Source: Rhodospirillaceae bacterium
Lineage (GTDB): Bacteria > Pseudomonadota > Alphaproteobacteria > Rhodospirillales > Rhodospirillaceae
DNA: 64,000 bases
Reading direction: 5' to 3'
Assembly (NCBI GenBank): GCA_033764265.1
Contig: JANRJB010000112.1
Coordinates: 764-64,763, forward strand
A program made the position numbers and the translations under genes. The notes under the pieces were generated by a model that was given only the letters and a program-made list of their open reading frames with translations, searched no databases and was not told the DNA's origin. Each line of letters starts with the position of its first letter. Positions within the stretch are counted from its first letter, which is position 1. Positions 44,699-54,249 of this stretch are shown here, piece by piece.

Positions 44699-45712
44699 TT
44701 ATGCCGCAAGGGGTTCGGCGCAACCGATGTGCTCGGCGGTTGAATGGACCGCGCGCCAAGAGAAGTCGGAACGATTGGCGGCCGACAGAACCTGCCGCCA
44801 GGCTCGCGCGCCGGGCCGGCCGCGGAATAGCCCGACCATGTGGCGCAAGACCGCCGAACGTCGCACGCCGGCCGCGCACATGGCTTGGGCATAGTCCAAG
44901 TAAGCGCACACGACGTCAGTTTCCGACGGCGGCGCCGTCTCGGCCCCGAACAATCGCGTGTCCACTTGGCTGAGGACCTCGTAGGGGCGTTCGTACGCCG
45001 CCCGGCCCAGCATGACGCCGTCCACCTCACCCAAGTGCCGTTCGCAGGCATCGAGCGAGGTCAGGCCGCCGTTCAGCACGATCGTCAGGTCCGGACGGCG
45101 TAGCTTCAAGCGCGCGACGCGATCGTACTTGAGCGGTGGGATTTCGCGGTTTTCCTTGGGCGACAGGCCGCTCAAGATGGCGCGCCGGGCGTGAACGATC
45201 ACCGTCCGGCAGCCGGCCGCCGCGACCACATCGACCAGCGTGTCAAGAATGGCATCGTCCTCGCGGTCGTCGATGCCGATCCGAGTCTTGACCGTAACTG
45301 GAATATCGACGGCATCGGCCATGGCCGCTACGCAAACGCGGACCAGATCGGGCTCTGCCATCAGGCAGGCGCCGAACCGCCCCGATGTGACGCGGTCGCT
45401 GGGGCAGCCGACGTTCAGATTGATCTCCTGAAACCCCGCGGCTGCGGCCATGCGGGCGGCGTTGGCCAACAGGCCGGGGTCAGATCCGCCCACCTGTAGC
45501 GCCAATGGATACTCGGCCGGATCGTGCGCCAGAAAGCGCTGCGGATCGCGGGCATGGGCCAGCGCCTGGGCGGTGACCATCTCTGTGTAAAGTCGAGCTT
45601 TCGCGCTGATGAAGCGCATCAATCGCCGGCAATGGCGATCGGTGCAGTCCATCATCGGGGCGACTGAAAATCGATGCGTCGCTGCTTGCGGGTCAGGAAA
45701 GTAAGACGTCAT
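44699..45712 (-). CDS. dusA: tRNA-dihydrouridine(20/20a) synthase
   Basis: FSVAPMMDCTDRHCR, EINLNVGCPSDRV (catalytic Cys) and VKTRIGIDD. Start at M11 of ORF 44699..45742. Confidence 0.85.
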   Translation of the reverse strand: MTSYFPDPQAATHRFSVAPMMDCTDRHCRRLMRFISAKARLYTEMVTAQALAHARDPQRFLAHDPAEYPLALQVGGSDPGLLANAARMAAAAGFQEINLNVGCPSDRVTSGRFGACLMAEPDLVRVCVAAMADAVDIPVTVKTRIGIDDREDDAILDTLVDVVAAAGCRTVIVHARRAILSGLSPKENREIPPLKYDRVARLKLRRPDLTIVLNGGLTSLDACERHLGEVDGVMLGRAAYERPYEVLSQVDTRLFGAETAPPSETDVVCAYLDYAQAMCAAGVRRSAVLRHMVGLFRGRPGARAWRQVLSAANRSDFSWRAVHSTAEHIGCAEPLAA

Positions 45713-45866
45713 GAGCCGGGGTGTGCCGCACTGGCACCCCATTGGGCAATCCCAAACGTCGCCGAGGCACTTGGATCGGCTCCAAAAATCCAGGGCTTGA
45801 CATCGTGTTCCTGTAATGTTCTAAAATCGGGAAATCGGAACATAATAGGAACAAATGGAGGATCCC

Positions 45867-45965
45867 ATGGATGCACGCACGTTTCTGACCGAGGCTTCAG
45901 CGCTGTTCGGCTTGATGGTGCTGGTTTACCTGTGGTCATTGTTGGCGCTGGCGCTGCAGGCCTGA
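45867..45965 (+). CDS. Candidate 32-aa hydrophobic micro-protein
   Basis: Below the track's size cut-off. ATG 45867 is preceded by GGAGGA and encodes MDARTFLTEASALFGLMVLVYLWSLLALALQA (one TM). An in-frame ATG at 45855 is the alternative. Confidence 0.35.
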   Translation: MDARTFLTEASALFGLMVLVYLWSLLALALQA

Positions 45966-46101
45966 GGCCCCAATCGCAAGACGGCCAATTTGACTTCACC
46001 CGCAGGCGCACCTACCATTTGAGTTGTGGTCGTCCGCCTTGGTTCCACCAGTGGTGGGCCCGGCCGACCGAATTGGGAGCCCCGAAGCGGGGCGTAGGAC
46101 G

Positions 46102-46509
46102 ATGAGCACCGCGCAGGTCGTCAATGTGACGATGGCGAGCACGGTCGCGCGCATGAGTTCGGCGCGCGCCGCGGTGGCATCCACGTTCCAAACGGTTGAG
46201 GGCATCGACACTAATTCGCTGTCGGCTCGCGGCCGGGACCAAGCGCGTGCCCGCGACGACAACGATCAATACGATGCCGGCCGGTTGCGCCGGCGCAGCC
46301 CGCAGGTCATCGATCGGGTGATCAGCTTCGGCGGCGTGTTGGTGTCGCAGGAAGTGGGATCGGCCATCGTCCAGGCCCAGGCAGCGGCCGGCAAGATCGC
46401 CCCGACGCTTCATCCTGCCGACGCCGAGCGCGGCGTTTCAATCTACGAATTCAATCAGTCGCTGATGGGTGCGCCGCAGGTTACCACCGACGTGGGCGTG
46501 GTCCACTGA
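46102..46509 (+). CDS. Hypothetical protein (135 aa), no recognisable domain
   Basis: In-frame ATG 46102 within ORF 46024..46509. Strong GC3 bias in this frame. Confidence 0.5.
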   Translation: MSTAQVVNVTMASTVARMSSARAAVASTFQTVEGIDTNSLSARGRDQARARDDNDQYDAGRLRRRSPQVIDRVISFGGVLVSQEVGSAIVQAQAAAGKIAPTLHPADAERGVSIYEFNQSLMGAPQVTTDVGVVH

Positions 46510-46522
46510 CCCGACACGGGCG

Positions 46523-46855
46523 CTACTTCCGCCACGCGCCGCTCGGCTCCATGTAGTACCATTTGTTTTCCTTGGCCCGCTGCACCTGCTTTTCGCCGGC
46601 GATGGCCTGGACCGCTTCGATCGGGGTCTGGTTCTTCTGTGCCACCTCGCGATAACTCTCCAAGCGGGCCTTATTGACGCTGTCGGCCAGGGCCACCACG
46701 TCGGCCGGCGCGCCGGTGGCGACCACGCCCACCAGGCCGTCGGGCCGTTCGCCGATCAGCCCCTGCGCGCGCGCCTGATCGAGATCGATGGCGGCGGCCG
46801 GCGCGGCGCCCAGCGCCAGCATGGCGGCGATGGTCAGAGTTTTTAGCACGTTCAT
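46523..46855 (-). CDS. ydbL: YdbL (DUF1318) periplasmic protein
   Basis: Start MNVLKTLTIAAMLALGAAPAAA (CAT 46853-46855). QARAQGLIGERPDGLVG...NKARLESYREVA is the typical DUF1318 pattern. Third gene of the ydbH operon. Confidence 0.8.
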   Translation of the reverse strand: MNVLKTLTIAAMLALGAAPAAAIDLDQARAQGLIGERPDGLVGVVATGAPADVVALADSVNKARLESYREVAQKNQTPIEAVQAIAGEKQVQRAKENKWYYMEPSGAWRK

Positions 46856-46872
46856 GTTTGCGCTCCGTTCGC

Positions 46873-47064
46873 TCAGAAGATGCTCGGGTTGCCTTGGATC
46901 ACGCTGTCGACGTCGCGGTCGACCTTGATCCGCACTTCCTGTTCGATCTTGACGTTGAGATTGATGACAATCGGCTTGTCGGGGGCTTCCACTTTCACCG
47001 TCGGCGAGCATGCCGCCACCGTCCCGGCAAGCACGAACATCAATACGGCCGCGCGTCGCGACAT
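46873..47064 (-). CDS. ynbE: YnbE-family small lipoprotein
   Basis: Start M16 gives MSRRAAVLMFVLAGTVAACSP (lipobox), followed by DKPIVINLNVKIEQEV. Confidence 0.8.
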   Translation of the reverse strand: MSRRAAVLMFVLAGTVAACSPTVKVEAPDKPIVINLNVKIEQEVRIKVDRDVDSVIQGNPSIF

Positions 47065-47199
47065 CCACTCTGAAGTCGTTGGTTTCAGATCAGCCAGCTG
47101 ACGCAGCATGTCGCGCTCCTTGGTGAATGCCGGATTTCGACCCTACGGGTGTCGGCGACATCGGGTCAATGCCGGCCGTGTCCTTAGTTGAGGCGGGAA

Positions 47200-50016
47200 T
47201 TAAGGCGGTGGTGCGGCGGCGCCGGCGCCGTTCACGCCGTTTTGTTCGATCGCGGACTGTTCCATGCGTCGCTTGATTTCGTCGGGTATCCGATAACCAG
47301 CGAGGCTATCGGTTGCGATACGCGCCAGCGGGCCGTCAAGATTGAGGTTGAATTCGATCGGATACCCGCCATAGAGGCTTGGGTTGCGGCCTTTCAGTTT
47401 CACCGCCACGTTCAAGTCTTCAAGCGCGTTGCCATCGATGTTGGCGCGAAGCTCTTCGAACCGGAAGTCGGTCAGCGCCTGTAGCACCAGATCTCCGCCA
47501 CCTGCCAGCGCCGCCGGCGCCACCACCGGGCGATAGGCGACCGTACCCTCGCGGCCCGTCAGCTCGGCTTGAGTGATGAACAGGCCGCCGTCGCGCACCT
47601 CAAGCGGGATTTCGCCCGAGATCGTTCCTGTGCCGGTCAGCCCGTCGGTCGACGCCGCCGCAAGCAGTCGGTCGATGCGCGCACCGTTCAACGTCAACAC
47701 CAAGTTCGACGGCCGCCCGTCGAGGTGGATCACCGCCGGTTCGCCGGTGATGGTTCCGCCGGCGAAGTCAGCCGCAAAGCTATCGATCGACATGGTGCCG
47801 TCACCCGGCAGACCCACCACGATCCGGCCGTCGGTCACCGGCGGGGTGATATCGACCGACTGAAACGTCAGCGTTTGCGATGCGGCGGCGCGCGGCGGCC
47901 AGGGTTGATCCAGCGCCACGGCGCCCGCCACGCCGCGCACGCGCACCGTACCGAGGTCGAAGTCGAGATCGTCGAGCGACAGTTGCATTGTGCCGGCGAA
48001 GCCCTGTGCGGTCGACCGCGCGCGCGCCGAGACGGCCACGCGTCCCTCGACCCGGTCGATCGGCAGCAACGATCCGGCCACGTCATTCCACGCGGTCGCG
48101 CCGGGGCCGAACCTCGTTTCGGGAACATCGAGGGCAACATCAAGCGGCTCATTGGCTGGTTGTGAAACCGAGAACGTGCCCAGCAGTGCACCGGTGGCGG
48201 TGAGAAGTTCGCCAGCAAGTTCGCTCTTTTCGGGCGTTGCGTTCAGCGTGGCGCGGAATGCCAGCGATGTGTCGGGCAAGGCGGCCAGCGCGCCGGTGGC
48301 CGATGCCGCGCCGGCGGCGACCAGCCGGCCGTCGATGCGTCCGGCTAGCCCGCCGGGCGTCGCCGTGACCGCGAAATCCGGCACCACCGCGATGGCCGGA
48401 CCGATACCGATCTTGCCGCCCTCGGCCGTGACCGCGAAACGATATCCGTCCCCGGGCGTCGCATAGCCGCTGACGCCGACGCGCGGCAGGGCAACCGTGA
48501 TGGGCATGGCCATAGCGTCGGCCCGTATCGACAGCGGCACCGACACGTCGAGGTCTGCGGCGATCGACACCGCGTTGCCAAAGACCACGTTGAGCTGACG
48601 GCGCGGATTGTCGGCGGCAAGATGGACGGTCTGCGCGCCCGGAAGCGCCGCGACGCCCGGTACGACAAGGTCGGTTGCCGCAGCGGTCAAATCCGCGAAG
48701 TCGAACGACAGCGACAAGCCGTCGAGCCGCCAGTCGCCACGGCCGGTCAGTCGGGCTTCGGGCACCGATAACGAAATGTCAGCGATGTCCTGGGCGTCCG
48801 CCGCGAGCGTGAACTCCCCGCTCGCAATAACCGCTGGCCCGGTAATCTCGGTTAGCGCGACTGACGCGGACAGGCGACCGTCGCCGTAGGGCACCTTGGA
48901 TACCGCGAGGGACAGTTCGGGGAACGCAAGATCCTGCCCATGGATCCAGCCGTCGATCACGGTGCGCAGGCGGGCCTGGTCAAGCGTTGCATCCGCCACC
49001 GCATCGATGGTCCATCGCGAGCCATCGCCGGACGCCGCACGCTCGGCCGAGAAAGCACTGCCGTTCCGCCCTGACAGCACAAACGAGGCGTGCGCTGCGC
49101 CCTCAAAGCCCGGCCAAATCGACGCCAGCGATTCGACGGCCGCCGGGCCGAGCGCGGCGACAAGCGGCCGGGCGAAGCGGCCGTTGATCGTGGTTTGGGC
49201 TTCTGTCGCCGTCAGTTGAACCGACAGGGCGACGTCGAGGTTTGTTAGGGCGTTGCCGACCGGAAGGCGCGCGACATCGGCGCTCACGCTGCCGGTCCCG
49301 CGCCAAGCCGCGAGATCGGAACCCGCGGCCAAGCCCGACCACGACAACGCGCCCGACACACCCTCGCCGGATATCGCGGCTTGCAATGTGCCCTGCCAAC
49401 TGCCCGGACCGACCGCGGCCAGATCGGCACCCAGCACCGTATCGATCGCCCGGTCTTGCAAGGTGAGCCGCAGTTTCGCCGCGTCGACGACGAGCGCATC
49501 AAGCGGCGGTCGGTTCTTGGATTCGGATTCCGCGGTACCTGGCGCGCCCGGTTCTCCCGGAGAAGACGGGCCCAAAACCGTTTCGCCGAGCCGCCAGTTC
49601 GATCCGTCCCAGGCGAGTGCGATCTCGGCATTGTGCACCGTCAGCCGTGCCACCCGCCGCTGCAACAGATCGCCGGGGGCATAATCGGCCCGCAGCAGGC
49701 CGATCCGCGCTGCGCCGCCAGCCAGCGAGATCGCACGCGCCTCGACCCCCCAAAGCGAAGCCTGGACCACGTCTATCGATGCGGGCCCGAGTCCCCGGGC
49801 ATTGAGGGCGCGCACTGCGCCCCATTGCACCAGCGCCGGGGCTGCCACTGCCGCCGCCGCCACGGCGGTAAGTCCGCCCAAGGACCAGATTGCAACGCGC
49901 AGCGCGGCGCGTCCGGCGCGGGAAGCGGGCGGCGAGGGCTCTGTCGTCACGGACGATGACCTGGAGTTGAAGACAGGGATTGGTATTTTCTTAACCTGGG
50001 CGACCAACAGTACCAT
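47200..50016 (-). CDS. ydbH: YdbH-like AsmA-family intermembrane (phospholipid) transport protein
   Basis: 938 aa with an N-terminal TM anchor, then a long Ala/Gly/Leu-rich beta-rich region. The C-terminal GYRIPDEIKRRM tail and the ydbH-ynbE-ydbL gene order support the call. Confidence 0.75.
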   Translation of the reverse strand: MVLLVAQVKKIPIPVFNSRSSSVTTEPSPPASRAGRAALRVAIWSLGGLTAVAAAAVAAPALVQWGAVRALNARGLGPASIDVVQASLWGVEARAISLAGGAARIGLLRADYAPGDLLQRRVARLTVHNAEIALAWDGSNWRLGETVLGPSSPGEPGAPGTAESESKNRPPLDALVVDAAKLRLTLQDRAIDTVLGADLAAVGPGSWQGTLQAAISGEGVSGALSWSGLAAGSDLAAWRGTGSVSADVARLPVGNALTNLDVALSVQLTATEAQTTINGRFARPLVAALGPAAVESLASIWPGFEGAAHASFVLSGRNGSAFSAERAASGDGSRWTIDAVADATLDQARLRTVIDGWIHGQDLAFPELSLAVSKVPYGDGRLSASVALTEITGPAVIASGEFTLAADAQDIADISLSVPEARLTGRGDWRLDGLSLSFDFADLTAAATDLVVPGVAALPGAQTVHLAADNPRRQLNVVFGNAVSIAADLDVSVPLSIRADAMAMPITVALPRVGVSGYATPGDGYRFAVTAEGGKIGIGPAIAVVPDFAVTATPGGLAGRIDGRLVAAGAASATGALAALPDTSLAFRATLNATPEKSELAGELLTATGALLGTFSVSQPANEPLDVALDVPETRFGPGATAWNDVAGSLLPIDRVEGRVAVSARARSTAQGFAGTMQLSLDDLDFDLGTVRVRGVAGAVALDQPWPPRAAASQTLTFQSVDITPPVTDGRIVVGLPGDGTMSIDSFAADFAGGTITGEPAVIHLDGRPSNLVLTLNGARIDRLLAAASTDGLTGTGTISGEIPLEVRDGGLFITQAELTGREGTVAYRPVVAPAALAGGGDLVLQALTDFRFEELRANIDGNALEDLNVAVKLKGRNPSLYGGYPIEFNLNLDGPLARIATDSLAGYRIPDEIKRRMEQSAIEQNGVNGAGAAAPPP

Positions 50017-50066
50017 TACCCGCGGACAGAGGCCAAAGTGGCCGCGTCCGCGCGCCGCCTTGAACC

Positions 50067-50648
50067 ATGCCCGACGACCGCCGCGCCATGCAGCCGACCG
50101 CCGTTGAATCCGGTTTCGAAGTGGTGATCTGGTTCCTCGATCGGGCCATCGCCGACGGGGAATACCTGCAGCCGCAAAAGCTGCAGCGATTGCTGTACCT
50201 TGCCCAGGCTTACTATGGCGTGGCCAAGCACGGCCAGAAACTGATGCCGGCGACCTTCATCGCCGCCGACGACGGTCCGCTTGAACCGACGCTGTTCCGC
50301 GCTTTCGAGCGCGGCCGGCCGGCGGTCGACGTGCGCCCGATCGAGGCGGACGTCCAGCACGTGCTCGACAGCATCTGGCGCCAGTTCGGCGCCCATTCCA
50401 CCGACCGTCTGACCAAGCTCGTGCAACGCCATCCGCCCTATGTCGAAGCCTACGACGCCGCGCCGCTCAGCGAGATTCCATTCGAGAACATGATCAAGTT
50501 TTATGGCACGCAAGGGCTGAAACGGCGGCAGAACAAAGGCAACATCGACGTCACGCCGGTCGACAAGGTGCTGCGGCCGAAGGTCTTGCGCAATCACGAC
50601 GGCAAACCGGTCAACGTGCGCCGCTGGGCCCCGCGCCGGGTGGATTGA
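50067..50648 (+). CDS. Panacea (DUF4065, SocA/GepA-like) domain protein
   Basis: LQPQKLQRLLYLAQAYYGV...FIAADDGPLEPTLFRAF...STDRLTKLVQRHPPY matches the DUF4065 pattern. Alternative start M8 at 50088. Confidence 0.7.
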   Translation: MPDDRRAMQPTAVESGFEVVIWFLDRAIADGEYLQPQKLQRLLYLAQAYYGVAKHGQKLMPATFIAADDGPLEPTLFRAFERGRPAVDVRPIEADVQHVLDSIWRQFGAHSTDRLTKLVQRHPPYVEAYDAAPLSEIPFENMIKFYGTQGLKRRQNKGNIDVTPVDKVLRPKVLRNHDGKPVNVRRWAPRRVD

Positions 50649-50701
50649 GGCGGGCCCCTTCGTCTACACTGCGCCGATCGCGCGTTACCGTGGAGTTCGT
50701 G

Positions 50702-51241
50702 ATGTTTCGTCGGCGCGTCCTGGCGTGGTTGATCGCCGCTCTGGTGTCGGTCCCGGTCGGCGCGCAGGCGCAGGCGCTGAAACCGCACGAACCGCTCAAC
50801 CCGGCCAAGGCGCAATCGTTGCCGCTGACGCCGCTGGTGATCGAGATCGACGGCGCGCGCCACGCGTTTCAGGTCGAACTCGCCGACACCGACGCCACGC
50901 GCACCATCGGCCTGATGCATCGCACCTATCTCGCGCCCGACCGCGGCATGCTGTTCGACTTCAAGCGGACGCGCGACGTGGGCATGTGGATGCGCAACAC
51001 CTTCATCTCGCTCGACATGCTGTTCATCGACCGCGACGGCCGCGTGATCGCGGTCGCCGAGCGCACCAAACCGCACTCGGAACAAAGCATCGGCCCCAAT
51101 CGTCCGGTGTTGGCGGTGCTGGAACTTGCGGCCGGCACCGCGGCCCGCATCGGCCTGAAGCCCGGCGCGATGGTGCGCCATGCGATGTTCGGAACCGACC
51201 CGGGCGCGCCGCTGCCCCCTGCGACGGCCAAACAACCTTAA
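50702..51241 (+). CDS. Secreted DUF192 (COG1430) protein
   Basis: In-frame ATG 50702 gives signal peptide MFRRRVLAWLIAALVSVPVGAQA. GLMHRTYLAPDRGMLFDF...MWMRNTFISLDMLFID is the DUF192 core. Confidence 0.8.
   Translation: MFRRRVLAWLIAALVSVPVGAQAQALKPHEPLNPAKAQSLPLTPLVIEIDGARHAFQVELADTDATRTIGLMHRTYLAPDRGMLFDFKRTRDVGMWMRNTFISLDMLFIDRDGRVIAVAERTKPHSEQSIGPNRPVLAVLELAAGTAARIGLKPGAMVRHAMFGTDPGAPLPPATAKQP
51129..51241 (+). repeat. Direct repeat copy 1 (3' end of the DUF192 gene)
   Basis: 113 nt that recur at 54250-54362. The first 83 nt have 1 mismatch; the last 30 nt have 9 mismatches; no indels. Confidence 0.9.
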
Positions 51242-51623
51242 GGGCTGCGTCGCCAGCGTGCCCGGATGGCCCGCTGCAGTCAGTGGTTTTGAATCTCTGG
51301 CTGTTGCTGATCGTCCCGGTCGGGCGGTCTTGGGGGCTTCCCACACCACCGCCGGGGCCACGATCCACAGTCATCGCCAAGCGAGGGAATTGGCGGTTCC
51401 GGCCCAAGGATAACATTGGCGGCAGCGGGGACTAACCAACCGGTGAAGCGGACCTAGGCTATTGAAAACGTGGCTGCAAACGAGGTGAGAAGCCTTCATT
51501 CAGCAGGGTTTAACAGTCGATTACTGGGCATTTTACCCAAGATTGTTGTCAGACGGACACAGAGTTATGCTGGTGTTCGCGTCCGGGAATCATCCGGGGG
51601 TCGTGGCGCAATGGGGAACATCG

Positions 51624-54104
51624 ATGACGCTTTTGTGCAAGAAACCAGCGCTGATGGTCGCAACCGCGCTGTCAACCGTCCTGATGATGTCCTCCGCGCC
51701 AGTGCTGGCGCAGGAGTCTCAGCAGAAGGCGACGGCTGATCTTCTGGAAGAAATTGTTGTGACTGGCACGCGCCGGATCGACCGGACAGTCGCCGACTCG
51801 CCAGTGCCGATCGATGTTGTCTCAAATGTCGAGCTGCTGAAGTCGGGCTCCGGTGAGGTCAACCGGATCCTCAATCAGCTGGTCCCGTCTTATAATTTCC
51901 CGCAGCCGACGATCACCGACGGCACCGACCACATACGGCCTGCAACGTTGCGTGGTCTCTCGCCCGACCAGACCTTGGTGCTGATCAACGGCAAGCGCCG
52001 CCACCACACTTCGCTCCTCAATCTGAACGGCTCTGTCGGGCGAGGCTCGACCGCAGCTGATTTGAACACAATTCCTGCCGCCTCCATTCAGCGCGTCGAA
52101 ATCCTGCGCGATGGAGCTGCTGCGCAATACGGCTCCGATGCGATTGCCGGCGTCATCAACATCATCCTGAAAAACGCACCCGAAGGCGGTTCGGTCACAG
52201 TTAACTTGGGTACCCATTACGAGGGTGACGGCGATCTTTATCAGGTCGTCGGCAACGCGGGTGTCGGCCTTGGCGACGACGGCTATCTCAATATGTCCGC
52301 CGAATACCGCCATCGTGGGTTCACCAACCGCCAGGGTGCCGACGCCCGGCAGCAATACAACAACTTACCCGGGGGCGTTCCCGATCCCCGCGAGGCGACA
52401 ATCAACCGCACCAGCAACTTCAAGTACGGCGACAGCAAAGTCGAGGACGCCAACATCGTCTATAATCTTGGCATTCCGCTCAGTGGCGAGATCGAACTCT
52501 ATTCCTTCGGCAACTACGGCAAGCGCGAGGGCAAGAGCGGTGCCACCTGGCGCCGCCCGCGCGATATCAACAATGTCCGCGCCATCTACCCCAATGGATT
52601 CCTTCCATTTATCACGTCTGACATCGACGACGCGTCGGTGGCCGTTGGCGTGAAAGGTGGCGATGACTTCCGTTGGGATGTAAGCGCCGTTTACGGCAAC
52701 AACGACTTCCCCTTCGGTGTCGAGAATACGCTCAACGCCACCTATGGTGCGCAAAGCCAGACGTCTTTCGACGCCGGCGACCTGGGTTATGAGCAGTTCG
52801 TCGCCAACGCTGATTTCGGCACCGAGGCCGAGATCGGCTTGCCCGAGCCAGTCAGCATCGCCTTCGGCGCTGAGTGGCGTCATGAGAACTATACAATGGG
52901 CGCCGGCGAGCTGGCGTCATATGCCGACGGCGGGCGCACTTTGCTGACCGAACCCGGTCGCCAAGACGCGACTACGCCGAGCGCGCCGGGCGCTCAGGGT
53001 TTCCCCGGCTTTCGCCCGAGTGATGAGGTTGATGCGAACCGCCACTCGATGTCGGCTTACATCGACCTTGAAACCAATCTGACCGATGCATTCCTGCTGT
53101 CCGTCGCCGGCCGCTTCGAGGATTACTCGGACTTCGGCTCGACCGTATCGGGAAAGGTAGCCGGCAAGCTCGACGTCACCGATAGCTTCGCAATCCGCGG
53201 CGCTCTTTCCAACGGTTTCCGTGCCCCGTCTTTGCAGCAAAGTTTCTTTTCGTCGACAGCGACGAATTTCATCGGGGGCATCCCCTTCGAAGTCCGCACG
53301 TTCCGCGTCAACGACCCAATCGCCAAGCTCCTCGGCGCCGAGGAGCTCGACGCCGAGAAGTCGATCAATATGAGCTTTGGTTTCACGACCCAGCCGATCG
53401 ACGGCCTCAACATCACGGTCGATGCCTATCGAATCGACATCGACGATCGCATCGTCCTTTCGGAAAACTTGACCGGAACGGCAGTGCAGAATTTCCTGAC
53501 CTCGCGCGGGTTTCCGGGTGTGACGGGAGGGCGCTTCTTCACCAACGCGATCGACACCCGCACCGAGGGGATCGACATCGTCGCCAACTACCGCACCGAC
53601 GTGGGCGACGGTAACCTCGGCCTAACATTGGGAGCGAACTTTAACGACAGCGACGTCAAATCGGTGAAGGGCAACCCCTCAACGCTGACGGCGCTTGGCC
53701 TGCAACTCAACCGCTTCGCGCGCGTCGAGGAAGGCCGTTTCACTGTCGCCCAGCCCAAGAACAAGATCAACCTTGGCGTCAATTATGCCATCAGCGCGGT
53801 CGACATCAACTTGCGCGCCAATCGCTATGGCAAGTTCACCTCGCGGAACGCCAATCCGTTGGCCGACCAGACCTTCGGCGCCGAATGGGTTGCCGACATC
53901 GAGGTGGGCTACGACGTCACCGACAACTTCAACCTCGCGGTTGGCGCGAACAACGTGCTTGACCAGTATCCCGATCGAGTTCCGCTGGTGCCGACACCTC
54001 CAGCGGTGACCGCCAACGCCAATGGGTTCGCGCAGTATTCCAACTTCTCGCCATTCGGCTTCAACGGCGGCTTCTACTACGCGCGCGCGACCTACAGCTG
54101 GTAA
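51624..54104 (+). CDS. TonB-dependent outer-membrane receptor
   Basis: In-frame ATG 51624 gives signal MTLLCKKPALMVATALSTVLMMSSAPVLAQE. TonB box/plug region (EEIVVTGTR; LRGLSPDQTLVLINGKRR; RVEILRDGAAAQYGSDAIAGVINIILK) and a terminal aromatic ...YARATYSW. Visibly lower GC than its neighbours. Confidence 0.9.
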   Translation: MTLLCKKPALMVATALSTVLMMSSAPVLAQESQQKATADLLEEIVVTGTRRIDRTVADSPVPIDVVSNVELLKSGSGEVNRILNQLVPSYNFPQPTITDGTDHIRPATLRGLSPDQTLVLINGKRRHHTSLLNLNGSVGRGSTAADLNTIPAASIQRVEILRDGAAAQYGSDAIAGVINIILKNAPEGGSVTVNLGTHYEGDGDLYQVVGNAGVGLGDDGYLNMSAEYRHRGFTNRQGADARQQYNNLPGGVPDPREATINRTSNFKYGDSKVEDANIVYNLGIPLSGEIELYSFGNYGKREGKSGATWRRPRDINNVRAIYPNGFLPFITSDIDDASVAVGVKGGDDFRWDVSAVYGNNDFPFGVENTLNATYGAQSQTSFDAGDLGYEQFVANADFGTEAEIGLPEPVSIAFGAEWRHENYTMGAGELASYADGGRTLLTEPGRQDATTPSAPGAQGFPGFRPSDEVDANRHSMSAYIDLETNLTDAFLLSVAGRFEDYSDFGSTVSGKVAGKLDVTDSFAIRGALSNGFRAPSLQQSFFSSTATNFIGGIPFEVRTFRVNDPIAKLLGAEELDAEKSINMSFGFTTQPIDGLNITVDAYRIDIDDRIVLSENLTGTAVQNFLTSRGFPGVTGGRFFTNAIDTRTEGIDIVANYRTDVGDGNLGLTLGANFNDSDVKSVKGNPSTLTALGLQLNRFARVEEGRFTVAQPKNKINLGVNYAISAVDINLRANRYGKFTSRNANPLADQTFGAEWVADIEVGYDVTDNFNLAVGANNVLDQYPDRVPLVPTPPAVTANANGFAQYSNFSPFGFNGGFYYARATYSW

Positions 54105-54249
54105 TCGATGGCGGGCGCGAACCCTTGATGACGATGGCAAATGCAATGTTCAGCGGAGTTACCGTACTGGACCATAACTTCGGATGTCCCTCGCTGAAGG
54201 GCACATCTTCAATGTCGTTTTGATCGGAGAGTTTGAGCCGGCGTCGGAC

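Noticed and set aside
45806-45846. Alphaproteobacterial LexA (SOS) box near dusA
   Set aside because: The known box is a direct repeat GTTC-N7-GTTC. Here GTTC and GAAC are inverted and 16 nt apart, so it does not fit.
50645-50701. Alternative upstream start of the DUF192 gene overlapping the Panacea gene stop (would imply translational coupling)
   Set aside because: The ATG at 50702 yields a proper signal peptide straight away. The upstream 19 codons (MRRAPSSTLRRSRVTVEFV) look like non-coding read-through.
51242-51623. Possible riboswitch (cobalamin or TPP) in the ~380-nt leader of the TonB-dependent receptor
   Set aside because: I looked for the B12-box / GCCACTG-type core and for the TPP CTGAGA...ACCTGATCTGGATAATGCCAGCG pattern on both strands and did not find convincing matches. 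It cannot be excluded without a covariance-model (Rfam/Infernal) scan.
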